Assembly (NCBI RefSeq): GCF_000143415.4 | Contig: NW_003314354.1 | Location: forward strand, 162,575-226,574 | Direction: 5' to 3' | Length of the DNA stretch: 64,000 nucleotides | DNA from: Selaginella moellendorffii | Lineage: Eukaryota; Plantae; Lycopodiophyta | Part shown: in pieces, positions 12,840-27,634 of the stretch | Numbering within the stretch: the first letter of the stretch is position 1 | Layout of the letters: every line of letters starts with the position of its first letter | Made by a program: the position numbers and the translations under genes | Notes under the pieces: generated by a model | Database searches by the model: none | What the model was told of the DNA's origin: nothing | What the model saw: the letters and a program-made list of their open reading frames with translations, nothing else

Positions 12840-13990
12840 AAATGAGAGCAAACGTTTTGTTAATCAAAGGTTTTGTTGCATTCCAAGAATGGGGCTTGTT
12901 TAGCGAATCTTGGGTGTGCCACTGTTCTTGCATGGTGAGTTTTACTAGGTTGGATTTTGGAGCATCGCCAATCAAACCAAAGGTACCTGACGATATCAAC
13001 TAAACTTTGCGAGAAAAGGGAGCGAGTTAGTCCCTCCAAGAGCTTGGATTCCAAAAGCCAAAAAGGTGACGAGCAACACGTACAAATGCATGCGTCAAAC
13101 GCGACTTTTCACCACCGATCTTTTCAGCAAAGGAAAGGTTGACGGAGCCGTCATGGAGCCCGATCGATCGTATACGCATATATTCCCCAGACAATGCCGT
13201 TTGTTACAGTGGGCGAAAGAAAAAAAAGAGGAAGAAATCCCATGGTACGACGGGTATATTCCACCTCACGCACTCCCAAACAAAGGTGGTACATGAAAAC
13301 AAGCGGAAGGATCTCTAGGCGGCGCTGTCCAGTCCCCAGAGAGGCTTTGTCGCCATGGCCTTCTTCCAAGTTGTTTATACAAGTTTTTTTTCTAGAGCGA
13401 GTATTTTGGTTGAATGTGGATCACTTTGGCACTGTTGGTTTCACTGTTGCTGCTCATCCATGGCTTGTTTCTAATTTTATAAACACTGGGTGTTTTGGCA
13501 GCTTTCACAGTGTGATAGTGGTATATTTACCAGTCTAGTTTCGTGAGGCATAGCCTGTGCCTCAAATCTAGACGACCAGTTTGTAGTTTGTGTGTCTATG
13601 CCTGGTTGAAACACGAGGAACTTCCCGAGTGTGGTAAGCATTGTAAAGTTTGATCCACTCTTAGATCCTGCCTTCGCAATCGTGTAGAGTTGGATTGAAA
13701 TGTTGTTTGCGCAGGAGCTTTGGTGATTCTAATCTCTTATGGTGATTCGTCTGGCGAGGATGAGAGTTTATAAGACTCTCATCGTGGGATCTCTCAACCG
13801 GTCGGCTGAGCTTCCCAAGGTGTCCAAGTTTAAGTTCGTGATGCTTGACTTTGAGGTGTTTGGAACCTCCCGTGGTGGTAAAGGACTCAAACAGATATCT
13901 GTGTGATCGACACCCGAGAAAGAAAACAATCGTTCATCCACAGCGCCTGGAAGCCTTCGAAGATCAGCATCTAGCTTTAAACCATTAATC

Positions 13991-15546
13991 ATGTTGAGAC
14001 AGTCCGTGAACTATCAGCTCCCAGCGGCGGCGACATCGTGCTCCAGATCATACCTCGACTCCAGGGAGCTCGCATTCCTATCCAAGGAGGAGCACAGTAG
14101 CCCTGGACCGGAGAGGTACTATTACAACACTCCCGAGAAGCTCAAGAACAACACGACAATCAAGGAAGCGTGGCCACTGTCGGGGCTCTCGGTGCGAGGC
14201 ATCAGCATCCTCCGCGGATCAAACGACGCCGCCTGCGTGGAGCAGCTTCTCCTCCACTGCGCCACCGCGCTGGAATCCAGCGACACCACTTTCGCCCAGC
14301 AGATCATGTGGGTTCTGAACAACATCGCCGCCTTCGATGGCGATCCAAACCAGCGCGTCGCCGCCTGGTTCCTCAAGGCGCTCGTCTCGCGGGTGTCGAG
14401 AACGCTGCTCTCATTCAGCTCCTCGCCGCCCAGATTCCTTCCCAGCTCTTCTCCCACTGCCGCTGCCAACACGAATCTTTCAGTAAGTTTGTAGAGTTCT
14501 CGTGCTCGCTAGAACTGGTTCTTAGATTGCTTTGTTCCCGTTTCTCGCAGGTTTTCCAAGACTCTTGCTTGAACCTCGATGCCAGCAGTGCCTCTTGCTT
14601 CGACAACCGCCTCCTCACTCCAATCCAGCTCGCCAAATTCGTTGATCTAACTCCATGGCACCGTTTTGGCTTCTCGGCGGCAAACGGCGCCATCCTCGAG
14701 GCCGTCCAGTCGCGCGACAAGATCCACATCCTCGATCTGAGCATCACGCACTGCATGCAGTGGCCGACGCTCATCGAATCGCTCTCCAACCGGCCAGGTG
14801 GACCTCCCAACAGCGTCCGGTTGAGCGTACTGACTGCCCGCCCCAGCGTTCCACCCTTCGTTGACATGCCGTACGAGGAGCTGGGCACACGCCTCCGTAC
14901 GTTTGCTCGCAGCAAGCGCGTCAACCTCGAGTTCGAGGTGGTGAGCTCCAGCGATCTCATCCCGGGGCTCTTCCAGATCCGCGATGGCGACGAGGCATTG
15001 GTCGTGAACTGCCAGCTCCGCCTGCATTACTTCCCGGAGATCGATGACCACGACGGCCCCCACTTGGATCATCACGGGCTATCATCGCCGCGAGACGAGA
15101 TCCTCCATCTCATCCGGAGCCTCAACCCGGACATGGTGACGCTGGTGGAGGAGGACGCGGACGTAACATCGCCCAGCTTGGTGGATCGCCTCCGCGCGGC
15201 CTACAACCATCTCTGGATCCCGTTTGATCTGCTCGAGTCGTGCCTGGCCAGGAACCACGAGCTGCGCCTGCAGTACGAGGCAGATGTTGGGCGGAAGATC
15301 GACAACATTGTGGCCTGCGAGGGCGAGGCGCGGATCGAGCGGCTCGAGTCGAGGGACAAGTGGAGCCAGCGGATGAGGTTTGCGGGGTTCCGGCAGCTGG
15401 GATTTTGCGACGAGGTGTGGGGAGATGTCAAGTGGATGCTGGAGCAGCATGCCACTGGGTGGGGACTCAAGCGCGATGCGCACGACTTGCTGCTCACTTG
15501 GAAGGGGCACAATGTGGTGTTTGCTACTGCATGGACTACAGGTTGA
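13991..15546 (+). CDS. GRAS transcription factor, SCL32/SHR-related; exons 13991-14482 and 14551-15546
   Basis: DLTPWHRFGF, IHILDL (VHIID), QWPTLIESL, C-terminal WKG..VFATAW (SAW); the GTAAGT...CAG intron restores frame. Confidence 0.92.
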
Positions 15547-15752
15547 TCATACGATATTCATGATGTTTGTTCCTGTGAGAAACTTCAGGTGAGTACTATC
15601 AGGAAAGGTTGAACTTTTTTTTGACGATACTTTCGTTTCTTGTTTTCCCAGCTTTTTATTTTGATGTGTAAAAATTTGCCCGCTCGCTCATCAGTTTGTT
15701 CCTAAAAGCCTGGAATGCTGGTTGAAGCGTTTAGATATGAATCAATATGGCA

Positions 15753-15890
15753 TCGGTAGCCACGAAATCATTCTCAATGGAAGCAGTAGGAGCAATGTGG
15801 TAGCTTGAGCACTCCCATCGCAGCTACCTGTCTCACGTAACCATTGTTATCCTTGAGGCCCTTCCTGAGAGACCACTCCACGAATTCATC
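15753..15890 (-). pseudogene. Fragment of AP-4 complex beta subunit (beta-adaptin A)
   Basis: Reads EFVEWSLRKGLKDNNGYVRQVAAMGVLK, frameshift, then YHIAPTASIENDFVAT; resembles beta-adaptin GLKDNNSYVR..GVLKLYHI; isolated fragment. Confidence 0.7.
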
Positions 15891-18800
15891 GTTTGTACAG
15901 TCCTTCCATCAATATAAAATAACAGTTCCTAGTTGAATGTTACTCAACAATACGTCTGGAGAAACAGGCAGAGCAATCATTCTTGGGGGGATTTGAATTT
16001 CCACGTCTCTAAGGTGTGTACCCATCTTCCTGCAGCACAAGCATGGCAGCTTCCAACGTGATGGTACTCCTCCTTCCAGTTAAGTGGATTAGTTCTCAGC
16101 GATAATATTACTTTCTGTATTACTGCTTACGTGGCACAAACCAATTCTCCAGAATTTGATTTGTTCGTTCAAGGTGGATAGACTTGCCCTGTTATATGCA
16201 TAATATGAATTCCTGCTGTATAAGATATGCTTTGACGGTAATATGTGTTTACAGACACCAAGGGAGGAATTCTATCATTTGGCACATTATGTGCTTACTA
16301 TTTTTAGGTTTACCTAAACATTAAAAATTAAAAATTAAAAGTTCAAAGTTCAAATTAGAAGTCACAAACCCAAAATATTAGTTTGCAAATCTTGCTAGGA
16401 GACAAAAGCATTGCATAAGAGCATAACCCTAGACGGAAGGATGGTGCATTGGATTCTCCATGTCCCAGCAGTTAATCCTTATCTGAGAGGCTGCTCTAGA
16501 GACTTAGGGAGGAGAGTCGCCTGAAGCCTCCATAGCTGACAAGGCCGGGGTGGCATTGGAACTCTTTTGATTACATTGCCTCAAGGCTTTAGGTTTGCAA
16601 GTTCAAGGATCTCAATCTCTGGGACTCCATAGCAATAGCCAGTGTTTGCACAAAGTCTTGTCATATCTGTATTCTTGATAAAAGAAGAAACCACTACTGT
16701 CCTTTTTATCCAAAATGTTATTGATCGATCAAGAATGTCATCATCATCCAGAAGTAATATTTCACTTGCTTGGAAAACTTGAACATACTATATAGACTTG
16801 AAAAATAACAATAAAACTTTCAAATTAGAGATCACCTATACATACATCTAAATCCACATGCATATACATATACGTATGTATGGAGAATAAAAACTAATTA
16901 TATCATATGACATAAATATAAATGACAATATATCTTCCAATGTTTAAAATACAATGCCTTTAACGCCTGGTAGTTTAAACTAAGCATCTTGTTCTTTGGT
17001 ACTACCAAAGATGAGTACGTTTGCTTTTCTAATTGTGATTTTTTTATGTTGTAGTGTTGTTAAAGTAGCATGTTTAAGGATGTCCAAAATAACATTTTTT
17101 CCCAAAAGTTCCATTTTTTGAACGAACCTAAAAGGAATAAACATAAAATAAAAAATAAAAAAATAGAATTGACAAAAAAGTTATACATGTCAGATGAAGT
17201 TTATTAAAGTGCTTTTTTTGAAAGTAACAAATTTTTTCATTGACATTACCTTCTGTAAAGATTTTGGAAAATTCATCCCAGCATAGCCTTCTAAAGTTAC
17301 CTAGATGTGCATATTTCTAGGTTGTTACTTTCCATTAATTCAGTTTATATTCCAAAAACATGAAAATTTCTAAATGTTTTTTGAAAAGTTAAAAAATAAA
17401 AAAAGAAATAACAAAACAGACTTTTCTCATAGTTTACAAATATGATATTGATTTCAAGCTTTGGCTCACAATGATGTCTTTGGCAAGTTCGGCCATCTCT
17501 GCAACTTTACATAGTTTCATCTTCAATATATTTTTGCAAACTTTCTCAATCCCTTTAGAAGTTCCTAAAACAACAACAACAAAAAAAAACAATTATTAAG
17601 TAACTTGAAAAGCTTACTCTATACAGTCTAGTTTTACAAAAAATCCTATGATCACAAATAAGTATACAGCTCTAGTTCTTTAGTATTTCTCCCTCAATGG
17701 TAATTAGCACTTTCCTGACAAATCTATAAACTTGCCTTTTAATATCATGCAATATGAGTACAAAATAATCTGTAACACTATCATTTTACAGTTCCGAGAA
17801 AATGGCTATAGAACAATGCTAGTCATTTCTGAACTCTTGGGAATTAATTATATTTCAAGAAAGATTGTGATGAATTGAATATCAATTGCTACTATTGGAA
17901 TATTTCAGCAACCTTCTTTTTTTATGATTTTTTCAATTCAATGAAAGTTAAAATGAGAGTTCTTTCCTAATCCATGACTGGTATTCAAAATTAGAAGACT
18001 GCTAGCCTTTTGCAATGAGTATAATCAGTGGCTTTGAATCTTTAGGCCCATCTGTTGATGAACCATATACCTTTAACTCCGAAGATATAAAACCCTTTTA
18101 CAGATCAATTGCAAACTTATTCTTTATGACTTGGTCACCAAGGAAGCGCCTTATGACAGTCCTATTCATACAAGTCCTCCATGCCCATTGGCTATACCGA
18201 ACGGAGACATGTCGATTGGTGGCATCGTTTTAATCGATATAGGAGATTGTGTTTGCAAATATCCATGTCCTAGTCACAGCTGGACTATCAGTAGAAGATG
18301 GTTACATTGCGCTATGGTACACAGACGTTCAGAAGTAATTGTGGGTTGCTCCATTCCTTCCGCACCCATAGTGTATCAGTACTAAGGAGAAAAACAGAGG
18401 AAGTTACCTATCTGGAGACTCGCCTTCCATTGATCTTGAGAAAAGATAAATCAAAGTAAAACTTGGAACCTGCGATCTCACTCGAAACATTCTCGTTCTA
18501 TTCCCGTGCCACAGGAAATGGAGGGAGGTCACACCACGATCGTGGCGAATGAGGCGGCTGAGGCCTGCTCTTGTAGAGAACAGCATGGAGTTTAGAGATG
18601 GAAGAAAAATAATGTTTACAGGCTCGAGAGTTACCTCTTTCGTCTGCCATCCCGTAAATGGCAATGGCCACAAGAGCTTTGGCGTCGGCAGTGTACCTCC
18701 ATAGATTTCGATATGGCCGTCAGATGAACTTTGATGAGCTCGCCCTGCTCAACCATCCTTGTCGTTAGATCGATCAAATCGGAGTTTTTGACGTGAATTC

Positions 18801-19329
18801 TTGTCCTCAATCTATATTCGCAAAGATGAGATGGAAATGAAATGCTTTACTCTCTAGCATTCAATTCCAGAATCACACGATAGCCTGAGATTCTTTTCTT
18901 TTTCGAGGAGCTAGTAAACAGAAAGTTCTTATTTGCTCAGTGAGAACGACAGGTTTCTCGTTCGTCACTCAAGGAGCCGGACCAGCGATCGTCTTAAGCT
19001 TGTCCACTGCCGTGCTGTATCGAATCACACGATCAGTGTTAGGGATCCAAGCGTTTGAAATATTTTACCCGACTACATTAGGAAAGCTCGAATCTTTGTC
19101 GTCAAGAACTTCCTATCGGACCTTTTGATGCGGCGAGTACTAGCGATCGTGACGCCTGGACAGAGACTGAGAAAACTCTTCTAGGATAGGCCGGGCGAAT
19201 GGAATCACACCATTGTCGACGAAGAACCCTCGCACGCTCGCCTCATGGCGATAACAGAGAATGCATTTACAGCAGCCAAAATCGGGGCTGAGATCTCGGC
19301 AATCTCGGCATCGAAATCTTGCGGCAGCT

Positions 19330-19735
19330 CCAGAGACTTGGAACCTCCACTCGGATGCCGCCATCGCCGGGGATGACTCCTACCCGTTCGTGGCCAACAC
19401 GCTCATCAGCATGTACTCCAAGTGTGGCCCCATGACTGAAGCTTGCGCCGTCTTCGACAAGATGCCCCACCGCGGCATTGTCTCTTGGACGGCTTTGATG
19501 CTGGGCTACACGGACAGTGTCTAAGGCGACACGGCCCTGGAGCTCTTTCAGCAAATGCAGGCCGATGGCTGCCAGGCCAATGCTCAAGCTCTCGTCGCGG
19601 CGCTCAAGGCTGGGCCCAGCGCGTGAAGGCTTGTGAAACCGAGCTCACCCGCAAAGGTAAGGCTCTTCACTCGAAAGCTTCCATGACACTGATGGTTTCG
19701 TTTGACTGCCATGTACATCAAGTGCGGGAATATGT
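19330..19735 (+). pseudogene. PLS-PPR gene fragment
   Basis: VANTLISMYSKCG..AVFDKMPHRGIVSWTALMLGY, in-frame TAA at 19522-19524, then ALELFQQMQADG and frameshifts. Confidence 0.85.
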
Positions 19736-19935
19736 AATCGTGTCCGTAGTTGCAAACCAAAAATTCTCTTGATCACTAAATTACTCAAAACCTTTGGAGG
19801 TGGCCTCATAATTCATAGCCTTCTTCTTAATAACACTGTTCACCTGGAATAAAATTCCAAAGTTTTAGCACAGCTTATAGGCCTGGATGTTTTCTTCTTC
19901 TATGTTTCATAGTTGGGCACGAAGTTCTAATATAA

Positions 19936-20963
19936 TCATGTACTAAAAGCAATCTCTGGGTGTTCTTTGTCTATAGAAGAATGAAGCGGGAAGTCCAATG
20001 AAAGCTCGGCCTCGGCAATCCCTGCAAGCTTGAAAGCCTGCACGACTTGGTCGAAAACAACACCATTTCCAGCCGCAGTAAGGTGAAGTCCGTCGCTGCA
20101 TGAGAAGAAAAAATCAGTCAGTGAGAGGCATAGAAACCAACCTGAGATAGATCGATCGCCAATCGTGGTTCTCCTGGAAAAGCGTCCATAGATCAATGAC
20201 AGCTACATTCTCTTCAGCAGCTACGGCCTTGCAAGCCGAGGCATACTCCTGGGCCACTGCATTCGTCCTCTCGGGGAGCTCGTGAGCATCTCGACCATAA
20301 GTATCTCTAGAACAGCCAAAAACACACGCGAAGTAAGGACGGATAGAACACACAAAAGAAAAGAGCAGACATAGCAAACTCCCGACGAGCTTTCTCATCA
20401 ATTGGAGGAGGAGTGATGAGGACGATGTGTGTGCGTTTAGAGACTGCCTATGGAGAGAAGAAGAAACGAGAATCCATTAGTGTTCCACTGTGGTGTTTCT
20501 CTACCTTGAGGTGTGAGATGATGCGCTTGAGATTTGTCTTGTAAGTTGGGAGTGGAACGTGTTGGTGAGAGCTGCCACGGTCGGGCAAAGCGGCATCGTT
20601 GGCTCCAAAGAAAATGGTCACGGCCAGTGGAGCGTCTTCTTCCTGCCAAGGGTATCAACACTTCAAACGATGAGAAACTCTGAGTAGAAAACACGCACAA
20701 ACTGGACTCATAACACTCGTACCAAAGAGGAAGGGAAGATCTTGTGTAGGAGGAAAAGTGCCCAGCTGCTATTGTAGCCACTGTAGCCTCGAAGCACAAT
20801 ATCCGCCTGAATGGAAAGAACAAATCGAGCAAAAGCTTGGCTGTTACGATGTTACCTTGCGGCAGTAGTGATGAGCTAGAGCAGCGCCCCATCCACCAGG
20901 CCCAAAGGATTGCTGCGTGATAGAATCGCCAAACAACACAATCCTGGGCCTGGCCGACCCCAT
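19936..20963 (-). CDS. GDSL/SGNH esterase (CPRD49/IAH1-like), multi-exon
   Basis: RPRIVLFGDSITQQSF, RGYSGYNSRWA, FFGANDA, SDGLHLT blocks across short introns. Confidence 0.92.
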
Positions 20964-21278
20964 CCCCCACTCTCTCAAGAACCCTAAAAGTACTCTGGCA
21001 TTTTTTAAAAGTTTAAAAGATTAAAGAATATTCCGAGTAGATTCTCCTCAAGAAAAGGGATGAGAAAATTAGGTCAACACCATCTCTGGTGGAACTTACG
21101 CTGCGCTCGCGGCGGGGAGGCGGAGGAATCGATTGAATCCCTCGCGAGTAGGGTTCTTTGACCGTGCGGTAAGATCTTGGCGACGAGAAGGTGGAGGGCA
21201 TTCGCTTCTCTGGAATGAGGAGGAGCGACACAAGGGGCTTTTCTTCTCCTCCCTCGCCAGGCCGCCTAGTGTAGCGAG

Positions 21279-23674
21279 ATGAAGGGCCACGATCTTCTCA
21301 ACGATGTGCTGCCGGACGAGGCGCTCATTCACATCCTGAGCTATCTGGACGTTCCCAGCGACCGGGGCTCGTGCTCGCTGGTTTGCAAGCGATGGTGGCA
21401 GCTGGAGAGCGAGACCCGGCACTCGATCCGGATTGGCGCGTCCGGGAACCCGGACGCTTGCGTCACGGCGGTGGTGAGACGATTCACGGGGCTGCGAGAC
21501 GTGAGCTTCGATGAGAGGGTTCCAATCCAGCTCCACCACCAGGGCCGGCCTACTTTCCAGCCGCGGCGATCTTTTCTTCTCAGGACGCCGAGAAGGGGCA
21601 GCGCAGATCAGGTACGATTCTTCTTTCTTATCTCTAGTTTGTTCTTGCTTATCTTCGCTCGACTCTTTCTTTGCGTGGATTCTTCCTCGGCTTGTTTGGT
21701 TGAGAATGCTCGCTCTTTTGGCTGGTTCTGGAGTTCTTTCCTTGGAGGTTTTCAAAGTTTGGTTTTTCCTTGATCCAGAATGGCGACGCGACCAGCCGGA
21801 GGGGACGAAAGCGTCGCAGAGGTACTGACGAGCTATCACCACTCTTGACGGAGAGTCTGTGGAGCAGCCTCTCGGACAGCGGGTTGATGCTGCTGGGACA
21901 AGGATGTCCGAGGCTGGAGAAGCTGACGCTCGTCTGGTGCTCGGCCATTAGCAGCACCGGATTCAAGTCCCTGGCCGAGAATTGCTGCGGCTTGAAAAAT
22001 CTAGAGCTCCAGGTGAGCCGCTTGCTTGCTTTCTTTCTTTCTTGACGTTGGGAGCTCTCATTGCTCTCATTGCTTCGCAGGGATGTTACGTAGGAGACGA
22101 CGGGCTCAAGGCCATCGGTCAGTTTTGCAAGCTCGAGGATCTCAACCTTCGCTTCTGCGATGGAGTAACGGACTTGGGACTTATGGCGATCGCCACGGGC
22201 TGCGCAAAGTCACTCAAGGCGCTCATCATATCCGTGTGCCCCCGGGTAACGGACGCGACTCTGGCAGCCGTGGGAAAGAACTGCTCGCTGCTGGAGAGGC
22301 TCACGCTCGACTCGGAGGGATTCAAGAGTGACGGCGTCCAGGCCGTGGCCAGGGGCTGCCCGAGGCTCAAGTACCTGAGGATGCTGTGCGTGAACGTCGA
22401 GGACGAAGCCTTGGACTCCGTGGGACGCTACTGCCGGTCGCTGGAAACGCTAGCGTTGCACAGCTTCCAAAAGTTTGACAAGTAAGCTCTTCGTACTCTT
22501 CTTCGTTCGTTCTTCTTACTTTTGGATCCATTTCTCTGCAGAGGCTTCTTGGCGATCGGGCATGGCTGCAAGCAGCTCACAAGCCTCACGCTGAGTGACT
22601 GTTACTTCCTCACGGACACGACGCTGGCGGCGATTGCCAGCGGCTGTACTGAGCTCTCGTCGCTGGAGATAAATGGCTGCCACAACATTTCCACTTCTGG
22701 AGTCCGAGCAGTGGGACGCTCCTGCCGGTAAACTTTCCACTCTCGCCGGAATGGAATGCTCGTTGCTTACGTTGGAACCTCGCTCCAGAAAGCTCACGGA
22801 GGTAGTGCTCAAGTACTGCCAAAAGATTGGAGACGATGGCTTGTCCGAGATTGGCAGAGGCTGCAAGCTTCTACAGGCGCTCATTCTCGTCGACTGCTCG
22901 GCCATTGGAGACTCCTCCATTCGTAGCATCGCTGGAGGCTGTCCCGGTCTAAAGAGGCTCCATATAAGACGCTGCTACAAGGTACTCGAGCTCCGCCATC
23001 TCACGCTGGCCTTAAACTGGATTATGTTGCAGATTGGAGACAAAGCCATCGTCGCCGTTGGCCAGCACTGCGAGAGACTGACCGACTTGAGTATGCGATT
23101 CTGTGACCGGTATGTAGGCTCCAAAGTTACTCGTTCTATAGTAGTTTCTTTGTGATGATTCGCAGAGTTGGAGACGATGGCCTGGCAGCAATTGGAGCAG
23201 GCTGCCCGGAGCTCAAGCATCTAAACGTAAGTGGTTGCCACCGCGTTGGAGACGCTGGCATTTCTGCGATTGCGAAAGGATGCCCAGAGCTGATACATTT
23301 GGACGTGAGCGTTTGCCAGGTACTCACTCAGTGATGACTTTGCGAGTTAACTCAGCTCGAGTTCTTTTTCTTCCTAGAGCGTAGGCGACGAGGGACTCGC
23401 AGCGCTGGCCGGTGGATGCCGGAGCCTCAGAGAAATCATACTGTCACATTGTAGAAGTATCACGGACGCCGGACTGGGTTTCCTTGTGGCGTCTTGTACC
23501 AAACTCGAAGCTTGTCACATGGTTTATTGTCCATACGTAACTGCTGCAGGAGTCGCGACCGTGGTGACCGGTTGCTTGAGCATCAAAAAGGTGCTGGTCG
23601 AGAAGTGGAAAGTTACCCCCAGGACGAGGCGCCGGGCCGCGTCAATTTTAACAGAGCTCTGTATGGATCTATAG
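21279..23674 (+). CDS. FBL4: F-box/LRR-repeat protein 4-like, multi-exon
   Basis: MKGHDLLNDVLPDE..CSLVCKRW..IRIGASG; many cysteine-containing LRRs; C-terminal KKVLVEKWKVTPRTRRRA..ELCMDL. Confidence 0.88.
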
Positions 23675-23904
23675 CGAGAAACATGATCATCTGTAACAAG
23701 TTACACACGGAATGAAAAGGACAAAAAAACTTTCGCTTACAAATGTTACAAACGCTCCAAATTAAACAAAATGTATGGAGGAACCAAAAAACAAACCCCC
23801 TCAAAACCTGTGGTAAGAACAGTTAAAAGCCGACTTGAAGGAATGCTCTAGGAAACATTTACCTCGAAGAAAACAAGGAACGAGATCGTTGCAAAAAAGT
23901 TCGA

Positions 23905-26900
23905 TCACGCCGTCCATTCCGGGATGTTCCTCGGGGGCCAGAGCTGACGTCCACGAGAAGGCGGACTGACCCTGTCTGTCAATCCCTTGGACTTCAAGTT
24001 AACAACCGAGCGACCACCATCTACCAAGTCGGGCGAGCTGAAAAGAAAAACTTTCGACGCAGGAACCTCTTGTCCTGCTGCTGAAACATCCAGACTACCT
24101 ACTTTCCCCCACTGCCTCCTATCCAACACTGGCGTCCCGATCGTGGAAAACGATGCCTGGTTCTGGCTACTAACTCTATGACTGTATGGTACATGTCCAC
24201 TAGTTGGAGCTGATCTCGAGAAGTCACCGCTATGAACTACACCGGCCTTGTTTCCCAAAAATGGAGACGACGAGTTCCTGCTGCTTGCTCTTGCCACTTC
24301 CGAGTTAATATGTGCACTGTGGCCCCTACTCGAACTAAAGGCTTGCAGCGAAGTGTTCCTTTCAATGCCCCGCTTAAGATCTTGGAGCTCGTTATCCAGC
24401 CTTGAAAGCTCCTGCATATTAAAAATTCAAAGTGGTTAGTTTTTTTGGACACGCGAAAGTCATACCCTTTGAAGCATTTTGTTGTCTACAGCCTGTTGTC
24501 CACTTGGCTTGTGCCTTGTAGCACTCGTCAAGCAATGATCCGAATCTTCAGTTTCACTGCCCTCGCTACCGGCGTCAACACCAGTGGTGTTTCCATCCGC
24601 CAGTAACTCATGCGTGCATTGGCGTACGCGGCAGTCGGCTGATCGGGGTTTTCGCTTGTGCTTCAAAGGAGTCACCACCTTTCGAGCTCCATGAGCTGTC
24701 TGAGACCGTAGCCTCGAAGAGCATGAGCAAGACGTATCTGACCCCGTATCTGTTCTCCCCAAAACCCCGCTTTCCAACAAGACCTGCTTGCATATCTCCC
24801 GGAACTTCTCCGGAGACAGGTCCTTGCTATTCTCAACCGTGTCACCTTGAGGCTTCACGTCGGGAAGAGGAGTCGAATTTCCCAAACACTTCGCCTTGAA
24901 ATTTGCCTGGCCGATGCAGTCACTCTCTGTTAGTCTCCAATCCATGTTTGGAGTGCCGGGAGACATTGGCGTGTCCAAAGGTTCCCGAATAGAACCATTG
25001 CTGGACACTCGAAACTCTTTCGGATTTTCTCCATCGCTTCTGGGAATCTGAATTATGTTTGAGAACCGTGTTGCCGAAGGTGTCATAGGCTGGCCATGCA
25101 TCGCGGGAGCATTGGATGAATGTGACCGCCCTGACATCGGCATACCGTCCTCTATCATTATTCCTTGTTGAGCAGCAATTTCCAAAATCTGGTCGTGGTT
25201 TAGTCCCGAGCTTTCCAGTAGCCGCCACATATTGTTCAAGGCCTCTCTTTGATCCTGAATTATCTGATCCCTGATAGCCATTTGAAATTGCAGCTCCATA
25301 TTCGTCATTCCCTGCAGTATCACGGAGGAGTCCGTTAAAATGCTTACGAAACAAAATGGCTTACCAATAGCCTATATTGGCTAAGGATGCGCAGATATGT
25401 TTTATTGCGATTGCTGCTAATAGCCTCATCAATCTGCCGCTGAAGCTCTTTGCGTTGTTTCTCATTGTGTTCAATATCCTGGTACAAAACAACACAATCA
25501 GCAGCGACTAAAAGGGATAAAATCAGACCTGTCGGTAATGAGCCCCAGTTTCGTCATTGTCCCGGATATTATCGAGCACTACTTGCCTCCTTTCAATAAG
25601 GTCATCTAGCTTCTCACCATCCCCTTCTTCATCCTGATAAAACAACAAGATCAGATGAATTATAAGTGCCGCAGAATCCTCACCTGATGCTGTGCAATTA
25701 GCTCGTCAAGCTGTTGAAGCTCCATTCGGTTGTGTAAATTCATGTCCTCGAGCTCAAACAACGCCTTCTGCAGATTGACTCGCATTTCCACGTTCTCATT
25801 GATGTCGTGACTCAAAACGTCCAACCACGAAAGCTCGTCATCAGCCTTTTCCGGGGTCCGGGCACTGAGCTGAGTTTCCTTCTCAGCAAGCTCCCTGCGC
25901 AGTTGACTTACTTCCACCTATAGACGTTACACAAGCTTAAAAGAAGCATAAAAGATTACAGGCTTCTTACCTGAAGATTGTCAATCATTCGTTGATAATC
26001 TGCAACATGTGCATCCACAGTTCCCACATTTGTCTGGACGATCAAGAACTGTAATTAGTGGAGTGTAATCACAACGTAACATACCTGAATGTGAGTTTTA
26101 ATTTCTTTCGCTCGGTCAGCATATTTCAGAGTATTGGTTGTATGATGATACTGATCATCGGCACAGGAAACCGTCGCAACCATCACGGTACGCGAATTGC
26201 CACTTAAGCCATCTTTCAGAAGCCGCGTCAGTTTGCTGGAAGAAACAAAGTAGCAATGACCACTGAGAAAAAAGTAGCGAGCTACCTGTTACGATATGGG
26301 ACATAGGCGAGGCCCTTCTTTTGTTGCTTGCCAAGAGCGTTGATACAATTTGCTAAAGCAAGCAATGAACGGTTGATATTAGCCCCGTCTCTCAGCTTTT
26401 GCCCAGCATTATTCGTTTCCGATGCTCTTTCACTGCAAAAGAAAGAGCAAATGTCTCAAGGTCTCGAGATGAAAGTGACAGACAAACCTTCCAGCAAGGT
26501 CGACAAGCGCCAGCTTTCCTCGTAAGACTTGAGATCTGTATTGATTTCTTTGTTTCCTCTTCACAATTATTTCTAGAACGGCATGTGATCTGCACATAAT
26601 GAGGGCGTTAGGCTTGGATATTAACAAGAAAAACTTGCCTCGAAGACGTGGCATTGGCATTAGTGCTTTCCGTTTTACGACGACTGTTCCCCAAGTTGAG
26701 AAGCTCCAGAATCTTTTCAGCTGAGTTTACCTGACGAAGTAAAAGCGTCAAGATTTTATTCCGTTGAGTTAAACTTCGTCACCTGGATTCGTTTTAGACC
26801 AGCAACCGTGATGCCTTGATCGGGATCTTCTCGTAGTTCTAAATGACCAGACGATTTCTCCAACAAATCATAAATAACCTGCACTACGACAACTGAACTT

Positions 26901-27634
26901 ACTACAAAAATTCCGACGAACTACCGATTGGTTCTACCTCATTGTAAACTTCCAAGTAGGAGCAAGTAACCTCGAAGTCATGTTCTTGCTCCTGCTTAGT
27001 TATGAGGCCAAATATCTCTTGCAAGCTTAGAACCATCAGACCTGGATCCTCTGGCAAACCAGCCATCGTGTGAGTTTTGCCACTGAGAGAAACAGCGCTC
27101 TTAGGAACAACAAACACTATTGATAATTCATAAATACCTGCCAGTGGCTCCATACGCAAACACCGTAGCGTTCAATCCCCTCAACACCCCCTCAATCATG
27201 GATCCGACAGTAACATTGTACACATCCTATTAAAGAATTCATATAGCAGTGCGACAACACAGATCCAGATTTTGACATTACCTTGTTGGAGCATTCTGGT
27301 CCAAATGCAACATCAAAAACGTATTTCTTTTCCTTGCTTCGATTTTGAACCCGATCCAGATATTCTTTAGAGGAATCCGGGTCCAGCACAACGACCACCT
27401 ACAGAAACATTGCAGTATCAGGCTAGCTCGAGCACGCTCTCTCGTACCTTGTCATCGACTACCCGTAAAATGTCTCGGCTCTTGGTCTGTTCCTTCGAAG
27501 TAAGCGGACGGCATCTCACCGCAACCTACGGTTTCCAAGATAGATTCATTCACAAGAGCTCCGAGAATCGAGAGAAAACATACCAGCAAAGTGGTCGCCT
27601 GTTTGGATTCTGGAGGTCGAATTGCCCGCATCAT
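23905..27634 (-). CDS. Kinesin-8 family motor (KIN-8B-like), multi-exon
   Basis: [34 protein letters not shown]-loop YGATGSGKT, LVDLAGSE, NINRSLL, PYRNSKLT; coiled-coil tail. Confidence 0.92.

Noticed and set aside
13153-13296. Short ORF upstream of the GRAS gene (possible uORF or peptide)
   Set aside because: No recognisable motif and no evidence it is on the GRAS transcript.
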